Under the pieces are notes generated by a model, which saw only the letters and a program-made list of their open reading frames with translations, was not told the origin of the DNA and ran no database searches. Position numbers and translations under genes: made by a program. DNA of 64,000 nt, taken from the NCBI GenBank assembly GCA_951406725.2, contig OX597824.1, positions 17,918,001 through 17,982,000 of the forward strand, given 5' to 3'. This DNA is from Octopus vulgaris. Taxonomy: Eukaryota. Below are positions 1 to 12,849 of the stretch, piece after piece. The number at the start of each line of letters is the position of its first letter. Within the stretch, counting starts at the first letter, position 1.

Positions 1-130
1 TGTATGTATGTATGTGTATGTATGTTTGTATGTATGTATGTATGTATGTATGTGTATGTATGTTTGTATGTATGTAAGTATGTATGTTTGTATGTATGTA
101 TGTTTGTATGTATGTATGTATGTATGTTTG

Positions 131-161
<31 letters not shown>

Positions 162-217
162 GTATTTATGTATGTATGTATGTAGGTATGTTTGTATGTA
201 TGTATGTATGCATTATG

Positions 218-248
<31 letters not shown>

Positions 249-330
249 GTATGTATGTTTGTATGTATGTATGTATGTATGTTTGTATGTAATTATGTAT
301 GTATGTATTTATGTAATTATGTATGTATGC
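1..330. repeat. (TGTA)n microsatellite
   Basis: Near-continuous TGTA/TATG units; explains the MYVC-type ORFs. Confidence 0.97.
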
Positions 331-1169
331 ACGTGTATATGCTTGCCTCTATAAAGCAACAGAGTCGGGGAGACGAAATACGATGTAATAGATTGAAGAC
401 AGTCAATTTATACTTCAACATACATTTGTTATTGTCAAGGATTCTTACACAAGTTAAGGACGTCAGTTCAAATTTCTCTTACACCGTGCTCTGTTTGTTC
501 ACGTGTCCCCTTGAGTGATTAAATATTGCTAATTGATTTATTGAATAACAACAACAACAACTAAAAGCTCACGCTTTGTATGTAACACGATCTCTGTATG
601 AGTAACTTTAATATGTTCCGTATCAAGTTTACGCCTTCCTACCGCCTTAACCTATTTGTTGATCTTTCATTATTCATGCTGATACACATATGAAATATTT
701 ATGACTCCCGACCTTCGAGACTGGACAGGGCTGCCTAAAGAAGGAAAGATAACTAAAGAGAAAATAACATCTTTCTGCGTCAAATATATCTCATTTTCAT
801 TCCCCCATCTGCACATTTTCTCCACCTACCATCTTTCTTCTCTCTCTCTCCTTCCCGTCGTTTCCCCCTCTCTGTCTGCACCCTTCTCTTTTACTTTCTG
901 TCTCCCTTCTGTTACTCTATTTCTCTCTTCCTTCCTACATATTTTCATATATTACGCCCTCGTTCTCTCTAATACGGACTCGTCATCGAAGTGTTTCTCC
1001 CTGTCTATCCTTCCTCCTTATCTCCTTATACAACATTTAATCTCTTCTCCGTCTCGATTTCCATCTTTCTCTCTTTTTTTCTTTGTTTTTCTTTGTTTTG
1101 TTTTGTTTTGTTTTTGTCTCTTTTCGATTTCCTTCTGCACACGGACACTAGATACTTCACATCTTCACT

Positions 1170-1212
1170 GAACAAAAACAACAATAACAAATACAATGAG
1201 AGTAACAATGAT

Positions 1213-1247
<35 letters not shown>

Positions 1248-1350
1248 ACACACACACATACAAAAGAACAATAAACAACATTGTCAGCAGGAACAATAAC
1301 AATAGCACCAGCAGCAGCAACAGCAGCAGCAACGACAGCAATAACAACAG
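1170..1350. repeat. (AAC)n/(CAG)n compound trinucleotide repeat
   Basis: Runs of aac, then cagcag/aac mixtures. Confidence 0.9.
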
Positions 1351-1397
1351 AATCAAAGCCAGAAGAACGAAGCAGTTGACACAGACGATATATTTAC

Positions 1398-1528
1398 TCA
1401 TTCGGCGATTATTACAACAGTGTAAAATGTACTTTGATCTATGGATCTTGTCACTACATGCGTTACGTTGTATTCCCTTCGATGTTGGCGATCTCGTCTG
1501 TTGCCGTGTCCCACACCATGCATTTATT
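1398..1528 (-). other. Candidate exon (131 nt) of an unidentified minus-strand gene
   Basis: Acceptor ttttgtatttgttctgttcag, donor GA|gtaaat, unique and less AT-rich sequence. One frame is open throughout (INAWCGTRQQ...LHCCNNRRM); another reads NKCMVWDTATDEIANIEGNTT*. No homology recognised. Confidence 0.4.
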
Positions 1529-1926
1529 CTGAACAGAACAAATACAAAATAAATGTATTTCTTATAATGACAAGCTTTTCACCGTTTCTTGTGTACAAAT
1601 GATATAGTTGAATGTGTATAACAGCGTGTAGAATTAGAAACTATCCTCCTCTCTCACTCTCTCTCGCTTTCTTTCTGCATAATATGTAGCGTAGATACGT
1701 ACATGTACATATATACAGATACATAAATACATACATACGTATTAATTTTTATATCTATAAATAACACGCGTGTACGTCACGGGGTTAATTAGAAATAAAT
1801 TAAATGGGAGGAAAGGACAAAATTAGCTCAATAACATATTCTGCTCATGATGCTATGTACGTTAGACAACTACATAAATGTTTCCGCAGCATTAGAACTC
1901 TTCAGAAAATTATACGTTTTCCTTAC

Positions 1927-1954
1927 CTGTCCAGTTTGATGAGAGAATCGCAAA
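1927..1954 (-). other. Candidate 28-nt microexon
   Basis: attaacttccttcattttacatttag|TTTGCGATTCTCTCATCAAACTGGACAG|gtaagg: branch-like ttaac, pyrimidine tract and near-consensus donor; all three frames are open. Confidence 0.45.
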
Positions 1955-3319
1955 CTAAATGTAAAATGAAGGAAGTTAATCGATGTAAAATTAGCATATT
2001 TTAAAGATCAAATTACGCAAAGGAATTCAATCAATATCTGTATGAAGAAATTACAATTTGTTTTAAAAACAATTTGATACAATGTAATTAGAATTCTTAA
2101 GGTATATATCGACGTTTAATATATTAGCTTAGCATCTCTTCAGACCACACTGTGCCGCGTACTAAACAAATGTATTCGACTTGACCAACGCCTGTACTCA
2201 AATTGTTCGAAATACTATCCGTTTCATATTGTAATGTAGGGGTGGGAAATGAAGTAAGGACGGCAAAGGACCATTTTGCACTTCACTTCACAGATTTTCG
2301 AGTTAATACTTTTTGTTTAAAAGGAAATGGAGAATGATATCGGGCTTTCTCAGATGTATAAAAAGATTTGGTACTTTTGCCAGGCACTGAAAGGAAGTGC
2401 TACAGTAACCATTTTGCTTTGTGTAACTCACGTCTACTGTTGTTTGATGGCTTAATTTATTAATGAGAATGTCTTGTTTGATCCTCAAATCTTTTATGTT
2501 GTATTCTATTGCCGCGGTGTAACAGTGAAGACTAGAGTGAGGCTATTCTCCAGCTCTTTCTATGAATTATGTATTTTTCTGCATGGGTTCATTGATGCGA
2601 CTACGTAGCCATATTCGCTACAGATATTCAGTAAATAACGTAGATCCGCGAGCGTATATTTATATTGCTGATAAGGAACATGTCCAAAACTGCGATTAAG
2701 TTCTTTTGTGCGAGATGAAATACTATTAATAACATCTAATATAGAAACAAGGATTAAAATCTGTGGAAATGAGTTGATGAAATCTATCCCAGTACTTTTG
2801 TGTTGTATTTCATACTCCCTGGAGGCATGAAAAACAAAGTTGAGTTCAGTGGGATGTGAAATAAGAACAGAAAAAACTACATAAAATATTTCGTTTTTGG
2901 ATTTGGTTTGCAAGATTCTTTATATGAGTTCGTGTGTTGAAGCATATTCTGTTGTGTGTAGGGAGAGTCATTTTCTTTTTGTGCCTTATAATTTTAACGG
3001 AGAGTGTTTTACTTAAAATATATTAAAGCATTATAACCAAACCTCTAAAGATTCTGTAATCCAGAGAATTTACCACTTCTTGTGTGTCGGCACAGGCTTT
3101 TCACAGCTCGCAGTTACTTGGTTATGTGTATCTACTTGACGATGTGTATCTTTGCTCTTGACTTTGAATTGCTCAGTTACCCGAAACAATTTTATACTAT
3201 ATTCGACAGCAAATATCTGGCGTTTGTGTATTTGTCTGAATCGTACAAAAACAATTAGTTGTCCTCCTCACTGTCAGACGAGAACATTTCCCTTCCGGAT
3301 ATATAAAGTATTAAATATA

Positions 3320-3658
3320 CTCTTTTACTTGCTTCAGACATTTGACTGCAGCCATGCTGGAGCACTGCCTTTTAGTCGAAGAAATTGATCTCAGGAATTA
3401 TTCTTTGTGAGCTTGGTACTTATTCTATCGGTATCTTTTACCAAACCGTTAAATTACGGGGACATAAACACATCAACGACAGTTTTAAGCGTCGGTGGGT
3501 TTCATGAACAAACAGACACACATAAATCCACCCACAAGGCTGTGGTCGGCCCGAGGCTATAGCAGAAGACACTTGCCCAAGGTGCCACGCAGTGAGACTG
3601 AACCCTGAACCATAAGATAGAGAAGCAAACCTCTTACCACACAGCCACTCTTGCGTCT
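3320..3658 (-). mobile_element. SINE family A copy with internal deletion
   Basis: Head and 3' half match the other family A copies (e.g. 22842-23260); central microsatellite region is missing. Confidence 0.85.
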
Positions 3659-4178
3659 GTGAGCCTATAATCACTTGTTAGGGTTAATTCTACGGATTTT
3701 CTAAAGAATTTATTGCCAGTACTGAATTTTTACGACTATTCGTATCCGAAAATATAGTGAGATTTGGTTAAAGCACTTGGTGGGAAGGGGTGGGTTGGTT
3801 GGTTTCATATACCTTAGGATATCACTGGTACTTCATTTCATTGAATGTGTGAAAGACAAGGTTGGCCTCGCTTGAAATGGTTTTATGATGACGCATCTGA
3901 TGATGCTATCTGTTGATGTATCTGTTGAAGGCATCCACGATTCGATATCATTCGTTTCCGTGAAATATCGTTGGCACTCGGTATTTTTGGCAATGTGAAA
4001 TGTCCAAAGAAATACGACAGAATATTTTCTCCAGCATGCTTAAATTTCTGACCGCTCGTCGCATTCTACACATAAAGTATAGTAAATAATTGAATAATTA
4101 TGCGAGGCAAAAACACCCAATATTTTCATATCGTATATTCCTTCCATGCACCCCGAGTGTTTGTTGTTGTCTGCTTGT

Positions 4179-4783
4179 TATTTCTTTACTGCCCACAAGG
4201 GGCTACACACAGATGGGACAAACAAGGACAGACAAACGGATTAAAACGATTATATCGACCCCAGTGCGTAACTGGTACTTATTTAATCGACCCCGAAAAG
4301 ATGAAAGGCAAAGTCGACCTCGGCGGAATTTGAACTCAGAACGTAACGGCAGACAAAATACCTATTTCTATTTCTTTACTACCCACAAGGGGCTAAACAT
4401 AGAGGGGACAAACAAGGACAGACAAACGGATTAAGACGATTATATCAACCCCAGTGCGTAACTGGTACTTATTTAATCGACCCCGAAAGGATGAAAGGCA
4501 AAGTCGACCTCTGTGGAATTTGAACTCAGAACGTAACGGCAGACAAAATACCTATTTGTTTACTGTCCACAAGCGGCTACACTCAGATGGGACAAACAAG
4601 GGCAGACAAACGGATTAAGTCGATTACATCGACCCCAGTGCGTAACTGGTACTTATTTAATCGACCCCGAAAATATGAAAGGCATAGTCGACCTCGGTGG
4701 AATTTGACCTCAGAACGTAGCTGCAGACGAAATACGGCTACGCACTTCGCCCGGCGTGCTAACGTCTCTGCCAGCTCGCCGCC
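4179..4783 (-). mobile_element. SINE family B trimer (one head, three bodies)
   Basis: Head GGCGGCGAGCTGGCAG at 4783, B-box-like GAGTTCAAATTCC, central GGTCGACTTTGCCTTTCATCC in each unit; TSD ttgttgtctgc(t/a)tgt at 4164-4178 and 4784-4798. Confidence 0.92.
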
Positions 4784-5182
4784 TTGTTGTCTGCATGTGG
4801 CGTCCTTTCCTTCGTTATTTTTCGGTTTAAGAAACAAAGTTCAATTTTAAATAAGTCTCCATCGTTCAAGAACATGTGGTGTATCATCATGAATTTTATC
4901 GAACACAGGACGTTTTGTACGTTGAGACTTCCTTCGAAGACGTCTAATTGTCCGAGGCATATTATCCACAAAGATACTATTTCCGCAAATGATTGTTGTA
5001 GAGCGTGTATTTCACCTATTGTTCCATTGACTATCGATTTCAATGGCATTATATGTGGTGGTTGTGTTGGTGTAGCTGATGTTGGCGAGGCTGCTACTGT
5101 TGCTGTAGATTCCATTATTCTTGTTAAGTATAAAGCCGACAAGTTTGCTGGTGCCGGTTAGAGAAATATCTGTAGAGATGGT

Positions 5183-5653
5183 CATCAAATCTAAGTAGAG
5201 ACTTCAAACTTGAAACCTTCAAAGCCACAGTCGAACCAATTCTACTATATGGCTCAGAAACCTGGACGTTATCAAAGAAGCTTGAGAGGCGGTTGGATGG
5301 AACCTATACTCGCTTCCTTATGAGAGCTCAAAATCTCTAGTGGAAGCGTCATCCAACCAAAATACAAATGTATGGGGAAACTACCACCTGTGTCATCTCT
5401 TGTGAAAGGTAGGAGAGTCCAGTTTGCTGGACATTGTTGTAGAGCTGAAAAAGAGGTAATTTCTATTCTTCTCCTCTGGAAGCCATCTACTCGCAATACC
5501 AGAGGGCGCACACTCTCCTACCCTGATGTAATCTCCAGGGATACAGGCATCCAGGAACAAGACCTCCGTAATGCCATGATGGACCGTGAATACTAGCGTA
5601 GCATGGTAAACTCCATTGTCTCGACCACGGTCGAACAATGATGATGATTATGA
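5183..5653 (+). mobile_element. 5'-truncated RTE-group LINE 3' end (pseudogenised)
   Basis: Translates to ...PILLYGSETWTL...LDGTYTR...RVQFAGHCCR with stops and a frameshift; (ATG)n tail; 12-bp TSD TGTAGAGATGGT at 5171-5182 and 5654-5665. Confidence 0.88.
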
Positions 5654-6204
5654 TGTAGAGATGGTTTTTATTATGATGTATATGATGACGCTATCTGTTG
5701 ACGTATCTGTTGAAGACATCCACGATTCGATATTATTCGTTTGCATGAAATTATCACAGGTACCACAATTTACAGTTCTGATATTATTGGCACTAGTTAC
5801 TTCTGTGATGCTCTTAGATAAGATAGTGTCTTAAAATCGTACCCATTCTCGCAGCCTTTTCAAATGAATATTGGAAGCCCGAATGCAATATCCACCGCTG
5901 TTGTTTTATTTCATAGGATTTATAGAATTCGTGTCTCTGTCTCATTTTGTTCTTAGCTCAGTCACTTCCTGCATTTCCTGTTCATATATGCATGTACCGC
6001 CATATCAAATTAGAATATTTTTTCTTTTGTTGAATAATTATTTTCTGAGATTGAAAAACAGGGGTTTGTTTCCAATAGAGAGCGAAATTATAAGACGACA
6101 GTGATCGCAGCATTGGTCATTTATACATGAATATAAAAAAATCACATAGACGGGATAAAAAATAAATGGCTTAAATGGGAAAAGTTCACTCACACACAGA
6201 TATA

Positions 6205-6236
6205 AATATACATATATACATACATACATACATACA

Positions 6237-6319
<83 letters not shown>

Positions 6320-6467
6320 TTATGTATATGTCTGTTATATACAGCGCGATACGAAGTCGTGACGCGTCGTTGAGAAAAAGTAAGATACAAAAAATATATA
6401 AATAAATCGACTTTATATGCACAAACACACACACGCACTCACACTTTCACATACACACACACACACA

Positions 6468-6515
<48 letters not shown>
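6205..6515. repeat. (TACA)n, (TA)n and (CA)n microsatellite cluster
   Basis: Direct reading. Confidence 0.92.
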
Positions 6516-6636
6516 AGTGTAAAACTAAAGATATCTGAAAGATTTTACAAAATCAAAAACCATACACGAATTTACATGTAACCGAACGAAATGCACGTAC
6601 AGACTTCAATCAGAATTTAGCATGTATTTTTATATC

Positions 6637-6686
<50 letters not shown>

Positions 6687-7244
6687 CTGTATTTGTGTTT
6701 TGATGACATGCGCAAAGATTAAGGAAGTAGTAGAATGCGGGTAGACAGACTGTTGTGATCAATCATCTGTGAGAAAAGAAGAAGGAAGGAAGAATGTGAA
6801 TTCTTGCTGTGAGAAAACAAAAAACAACGCGAAAAATATATTGCCATTTTTATGAAACTATGTGTTAAATAACATCGAAGGAAACAAACATTAAAATAGA
6901 AAAATAGAAATAGAAGTTTGTCTAGTGTTGAAATGAGATTCTCATTGGTATGCTACGTTTCATCTCACATATATGTGTACGACTGGACTGTGTCTACGAG
7001 TGAGTGTATGTATGCGTATATGTTGCGCCACATATATATTGGTCTGTGTTTGTGTCATGTGACCAGTTCGTTGAATTTAGCTTGGGGTTGTTCATATATC
7101 GAGTTTGTTTTGTTTTGTTTTGTTGTTTTTTTGACTCGTCACTCACGCTATATATTTTTCTAAATTTTCTTCTTGGAAATATTGACAAATGTATTAGAAA
7201 CAAAATTAAAAAGAAAAGAGGAGTGATAAATATAAAAGCGTGTG

Positions 7245-7520
<276 letters not shown>

Positions 7521-7699
7521 TATGAGAGTAAAATCGATGTGTGAATATTTTATTAAAAACACGAGTCAGATCGTATTTTAATCGTGTTATTAGCATCTTT
7601 ATATTTCGTTATTGAATCTACCGTTTCTAAATCCTCTTCTCTCTCTCTCTCTCATGGTGTGAAAACCTCATCATCAGAATGATCTGACGCTATTTTTCC

Positions 7700-8060
7700 T
7701 TTCTATTGCAGACATAAGACCTGCCTGAAACTTTGTGTGAGAAGTTCTGTTAATTACATCGACTATAGTGCTCAATACATACCAGAAATTATTTCCTCGA
7801 CTTCGAAAGATTGAAACGTAGGATTTGTACTCAGAAGGAAAAGGCAGCGAAATGCCTCAAAGCATTTTGCGCGACGTGCTATAAATTCTCCCAGTTCACC
7901 GCTATCAATATACGATAATAATTGTTTCTATTATACGCACAAGGCTTAACATTTTAGGGGAAGGACTAGACAATTATATCGAACCCATTAATTCACTGGT
8001 ATTTGTTTCAATGACACTGAAAATGCAAAAATCAACTTCGGCAGTATTTGAAATCAGAAC
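7700..8060 (-). mobile_element. Two old, degenerate SINE-B copies
   Basis: Decayed matches such as gcattttgcgcgacgtgct and caacttcggcagtatttgaaatcagaac. Confidence 0.6.
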
Positions 8061-8130
8061 AAAAAAAGAAAACGAAAGCGGATGGAATGCCGTAAAGAAT
8101 GTTTCTGTCTTGCAGCTGATTCTAACAGTT

Positions 8131-9190
8131 TATTCTTTCTACTATAGACACAAGATCTGAAATTTGGGGTGAGGGATAAAGTTGATCGCATCGACCCCAG
8201 CATTTGATTGGTATTTAATTTATCGATCCCGAAAGGATGAAAGGAAAAGTCGACCTCGGCGGAATTCGAACTCAGAACGTAAAGGCAGACGAAATGACAA
8301 CGATTCTGCCAGCTCGCCGCCTTTGATTTATCAGTAATAATGGTTTCAGATATTGCCACGAGGGCAGCAATTTTGGGGGAGGGGAGAAGTCGACTTCATC
8401 GACACCAGTATGTCACTGTTACTTAATATATCGACCTCCAAAGAATAACAGGCGAAGTCGACCTCGGCGGAATTTGAACACAGAACGTAGAGACAGACGA
8501 AATACAGCTAAGCATTTCGTCTAGTGCGACAACGTTTCTCTTCTTTTCTTGTCTACTCTAGGCACAAGGCTCGAAATTTTTGGAGAAGGGGCTGGTGGAT
8601 TAGATCGACCCCAGTACGAAACTGGTACTTAATTTATCGACCCCGAAGGGATGAAAGGCAACTACGATCTCGGCGGATTTGAACTGAGAACGTAAAGATA
8701 GACGAAATTTCGCTAAGCATTTCGCCCGGCGCACCAACATTTCTTATTTCTTTATTGGTCACGAGGGGCTAAACATAGAGGGGACAAACAAGGACAGACA
8801 AACGGATTAAGTGTATTACATCGACCCCAGTGCGTAACTGGTACTTAATTTATCGACCCCGAAAGGATGAAAGGCAAAGACGACCTTGGCGGAATTTAAA
8901 CTCAGCGTAACGGCAAACGAAATACCGCTAAGCATTTCGTCCAGTGCGCCAACGTTTCTCATTTCTTTACTGCCCACAAGGGGCTACACACAGGGTGGAC
9001 AAACAAGGACAGACAACCGAATTAAGTCGATTTTATCGACCCCAGTGCGTAACTGGTGATTAAGTTCTCGACCCCTAAAGGATAAAAGGCAAAGTCGACC
9101 TCGGCGGAATTTGAACTCAGAACCTAGCGGTAGACGAAATACGGCTACGCATTTCGCCCGGCGTGCTAACGTTTCTGCCAGCTAACCACC
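8131..9190 (-). mobile_element. SINE-B cluster: single copy (8131-8321) plus mixed-tail tetramer (about 8335-9190)
   Basis: Five occurrences of the B central domain; internal junctions at gaaa(c/t)gtt; 21-bp TSD-like repeat at 8322-8342 and 9191-9211. Confidence 0.9.
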
Positions 9191-9278
9191 TTTGAGCTAC
9201 CAGTAATAATGATGTGACTTTTGCGCGCTTTGTAGCAGGTCGGAATGTCATATGAGAGTGCTGTCATATTTCACCAGA

Positions 9279-9510
9279 AGGCTGCGAGCTGGCAGAAACG
9301 TTAGCACGCCGGGCGAAATGCGTAGCCGTATTTCGTCTGCCGTTACGTTCTGAGTTCAAATTCCGCCGAGGTCGACTTTACCTTTCATCCTTTCGGGGTC
9401 GATAAATTAAGTCCCAGTTAGGCACTGGGGACGAAGCAATCGACTTAATTCCTTTGTCCGTCCTTGTTTATTCTCTCTATGTTTAGCCCCTTGTGGGTAT
9501 TAAAGAAATA
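9279..9510 (+). mobile_element. Full-length SINE-B copy
   Basis: Head through tail aaagaaata; TSD-like atattt(c/t)accagaa on both sides. Confidence 0.92.
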
Positions 9511-9894
9511 TATTTTACCAGAATAGTGATTAAATCTTCAACCTTAGATATCAAAATCATACAACGCTGGCGTCCTTGTTGGAGATATGATTTATCTTAC
9601 ATACGCTGCATCTCCTTATGAATTTGGTTGGTATTTTGCTTATTAAAATCTATGTATCATTGCCATAGTTTTTTGGGGATCCACTGTACTAAATTTTACT
9701 AATGATTTCATATCAAGTTTTATTTTCATGCAGAATTGTATACGGGAATGCAACGGATCCTAGATGCAGATGCGGGGAACAAATGGCGACAAATTGCAGT
9801 AGCTATGTGCACGACGTGATGCTACCAGCATCACATCGGGGAGTCTGCCAGAGAAATCGCAAATTATCAAGGACCACCGACGTTGATGTTATTC

Positions 9895-10235
9895 CTCCTC
9901 CTCCTCCTAACACTACAACTACTACTACTACCACCACCACCACCACCAACACCACCAACACCACCACCACCACCACCACCACCACTACTACTACTACTAC
10001 CACTACTACTACTAATACTAATACTAATACTACTATTACTACAGTATTCTCAATTGATTTCCAACGTGATTAATGGCAATACCGTAGATGTCGATGAAGA
10101 GTGTGAGTATGGATGATGAAGACGACGAGGCTATGATGACGATGACGACGACGATGATGCTGATGCTGAGGAGGAGGAAGAAGTGGAGGAGGCGGTGTTG
10201 GAGGAGGAGGCTGTGGTGGAGGAGGAGGAAGACTA
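9895..10235. repeat. Mixed trinucleotide repeats (ACT/ACC, GAT/GAC, GAG)
   Basis: Direct reading. Confidence 0.88.
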
Positions 10236-10325
10236 TCATAACGCCGACGAAAAAATGACGGTGGGTGGTTATCAGATTTGCGAGGATTCTGTAATATTTT
10301 TGTTCATCTATGTTTGGAAAAGCCA

Positions 10326-10378
<53 letters not shown>

Positions 10379-10456
10379 TTATTATTATTATTAATATTAT
10401 TATTATTATTATTATTATCATTATTATCATTATTATCATTATTATCATTATTATTG

Positions 10457-10487
<31 letters not shown>

Positions 10488-10525
10488 CATTATTATCATT
10501 ATTATCATTATTATCATTATTATTG

Positions 10526-10571
<46 letters not shown>

Positions 10572-10633
10572 CATCCTTATTATCATTATTATTATTATCA
10601 TTATTATTGTCATTATTATTATTTTTATTATTA

Positions 10634-10673
<40 letters not shown>

Positions 10674-10731
10674 CATTATTATTATTATCATTATTATCAT
10701 TATGATTGTCATCATTATTATTATTATTATA

Positions 10732-10803
<72 letters not shown>

Positions 10804-10832
10804 GTAGTAGTAGTTGTTGTCGTTGTTGTTGT
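10326..10832. repeat. Long (ATT/ATC)n microsatellite
   Basis: About 500 bp of att/atc units; source of the poly-Ile and poly-Leu ORFs. Confidence 0.97.
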
Positions 10833-11359
10833 TTTTATTTTTATTGAGTTATGTTTAAACACGACAAATTTTTCATTCATCCAAACTCTTGTTCTTTACT
10901 TTGATGGCGTTATTGAAAAATGACCGTTTCTCCATTCCCCCCGCGTCAAAGCCAAATCTTTGATTCACTGAGTCTTACTGAAGTAAGGAAGATGTCTAGC
11001 TGTGATTAATTTCGTCTGGCACGCGAGCAAAATTAAAGGGGGTGACACAAATAAAGAGAAAATTTGCATACACACATTTTCTTGCTCTCCCTCACACGCA
11101 AACACGAACATCGTACACACACACACACGCGTGCGCACGGCCGTACTTATTCAGTTGTATAGACACAGGGAAACGGTCGCACAAATTCTCAGAATTCAGG
11201 AAATATATCTATCTTCGTGTCTGTATGCATACGTGTCACTCCATATATGCATGAGTGAGAGCGTGTGTATATATTTTCATATACATACAAAAACACCCAT
11301 GCATATATGTGTGTGTGTGTCTGCGTGTATATGTATGTGTATATATATATATATATATT

Positions 11360-11419
<60 letters not shown>

Positions 11420-11424
11420 CATAC

Positions 11425-11455
<31 letters not shown>

Positions 11456-11520
11456 TATATATGGGTTTCTGTGTGTGGATAAGAACAAATACGGACACAC
11501 ATATGTACATATTTTTTACT

Positions 11521-11563
<43 letters not shown>

Positions 11564-12081
11564 ATACATATATACACGTATACATATAAGTATACTTTAT
11601 ACATATCTACATATCCATACGGACACGCACTCACACACAGTGATGTATATAAATACATATATACATAAATAAAAAAATTGTATTTATTACAGTATACGAA
11701 TTGTATTCTGTATGTTCTCTGTATAAATTTTCAATGATTAATATAAATGATTGTCCGTGTAAAACATATTACAGTTTTTATGTACTTATATATTCATATT
11801 CGTAACATCTCCCACTATTTCATATATTTATATACATATATGTGTGTATATTTATATATGCATAATTATATATGTTTTTATATCAATATATATATATTTG
11901 TGTTTGTATTTATATATTTATGTATATGTGTATATACCTGTCAGCCAGTATACCTTGTACTGATCATTCCTTACTGAATATAATTTAAATTACCTCTGTA
12001 TATGTCCCCTGCGAACATATTTGGTATGACATATTTTTGGTAGTTTGTACTATTTGTCATATAGATACATTTTCATAGATA

Positions 12082-12467
12082 TGTTTCTTTATTAGCCATA
12101 TAGGGCAGAACACAGAGGGGACAAATTACAAAGTAGAGCTTTTCTTTTTGGGGAGAAAAAGATAAAAATAAAAAGTAGGGTTGGTTTTTCGAACAAAAGG
12201 GATCGTAAGAAGAGAGAAACAACGATCAATAGAGATCGAGTATCACAGAAATTTCATGATGTAAAGTGTAAAGGGGGAAGCAGGTAAGGCTTATCCGTGG
12301 AAAGAAAAGCCTACGGAAAAGACCACGGTAACCTCGATCAATAGTGTCACATGTTAATGCATTTATTTGCAAGTAAGTAACTCTCTGTTTTAAATTTTTC
12401 TGGGTGCATAGGATTATGCTCAAGGTGGATTCGTCATTCATACGTGCCATCCTTGCTACATTCACCC
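12082..12467 (-). mobile_element. Short 3' fragment of the Tx1/L1-clade LINE
   Basis: Encodes NVARMARMNDESTLSIIL, matching the end of ORF 28049-28921, and shares its 3' UTR; exact 17-bp TSD ATACATTTTCATAGATA at 12065-12081 and 12468-12484. Confidence 0.9.
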
Positions 12468-12849
12468 ATACATTTTCATAGATAATTTAGATCTTCCATT
12501 GCAAGACTATTTCTACATAATCTGTTTTCCATCAAACTCACTTGATCCTCATTTTAAGCAATCTCATATTACTCTTACTTCTTTTATAACCGTGTGTGAG
12601 TGTGGGTGGTTGTATGCAATGACAAACTAGACAACAATCTGAAGTGATGAAACATTCCCTTTTGTTTTTCCAGTGAATACAACAATTCAGAATGCACAAC
12701 CTGGCGCTAAATATTTGATTTTAGTTGACTCCAGCATCGGAACAAATTTCATGCAAGCATGAAGAGGCACGCTGGCAAAACGACGCTGCACTAAACGAAA
12801 ATTTAATCTTCCATTGTGGTTTTGTAGCACGGAACAAAGCGAACCATAT

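Noticed and set aside
2303-3000. Minus-strand ORFs 2560-2913 and 2303-2488 as a gene or a named transposon
   Set aside because: No recognisable motif; probably an old repeat that cannot be classified by eye.
9702-10073. Plus-strand exon after ttttattttcatgcag
   Set aside because: The acceptor is plausible, but no donor or homology was found and the frame runs into trinucleotide repeats.
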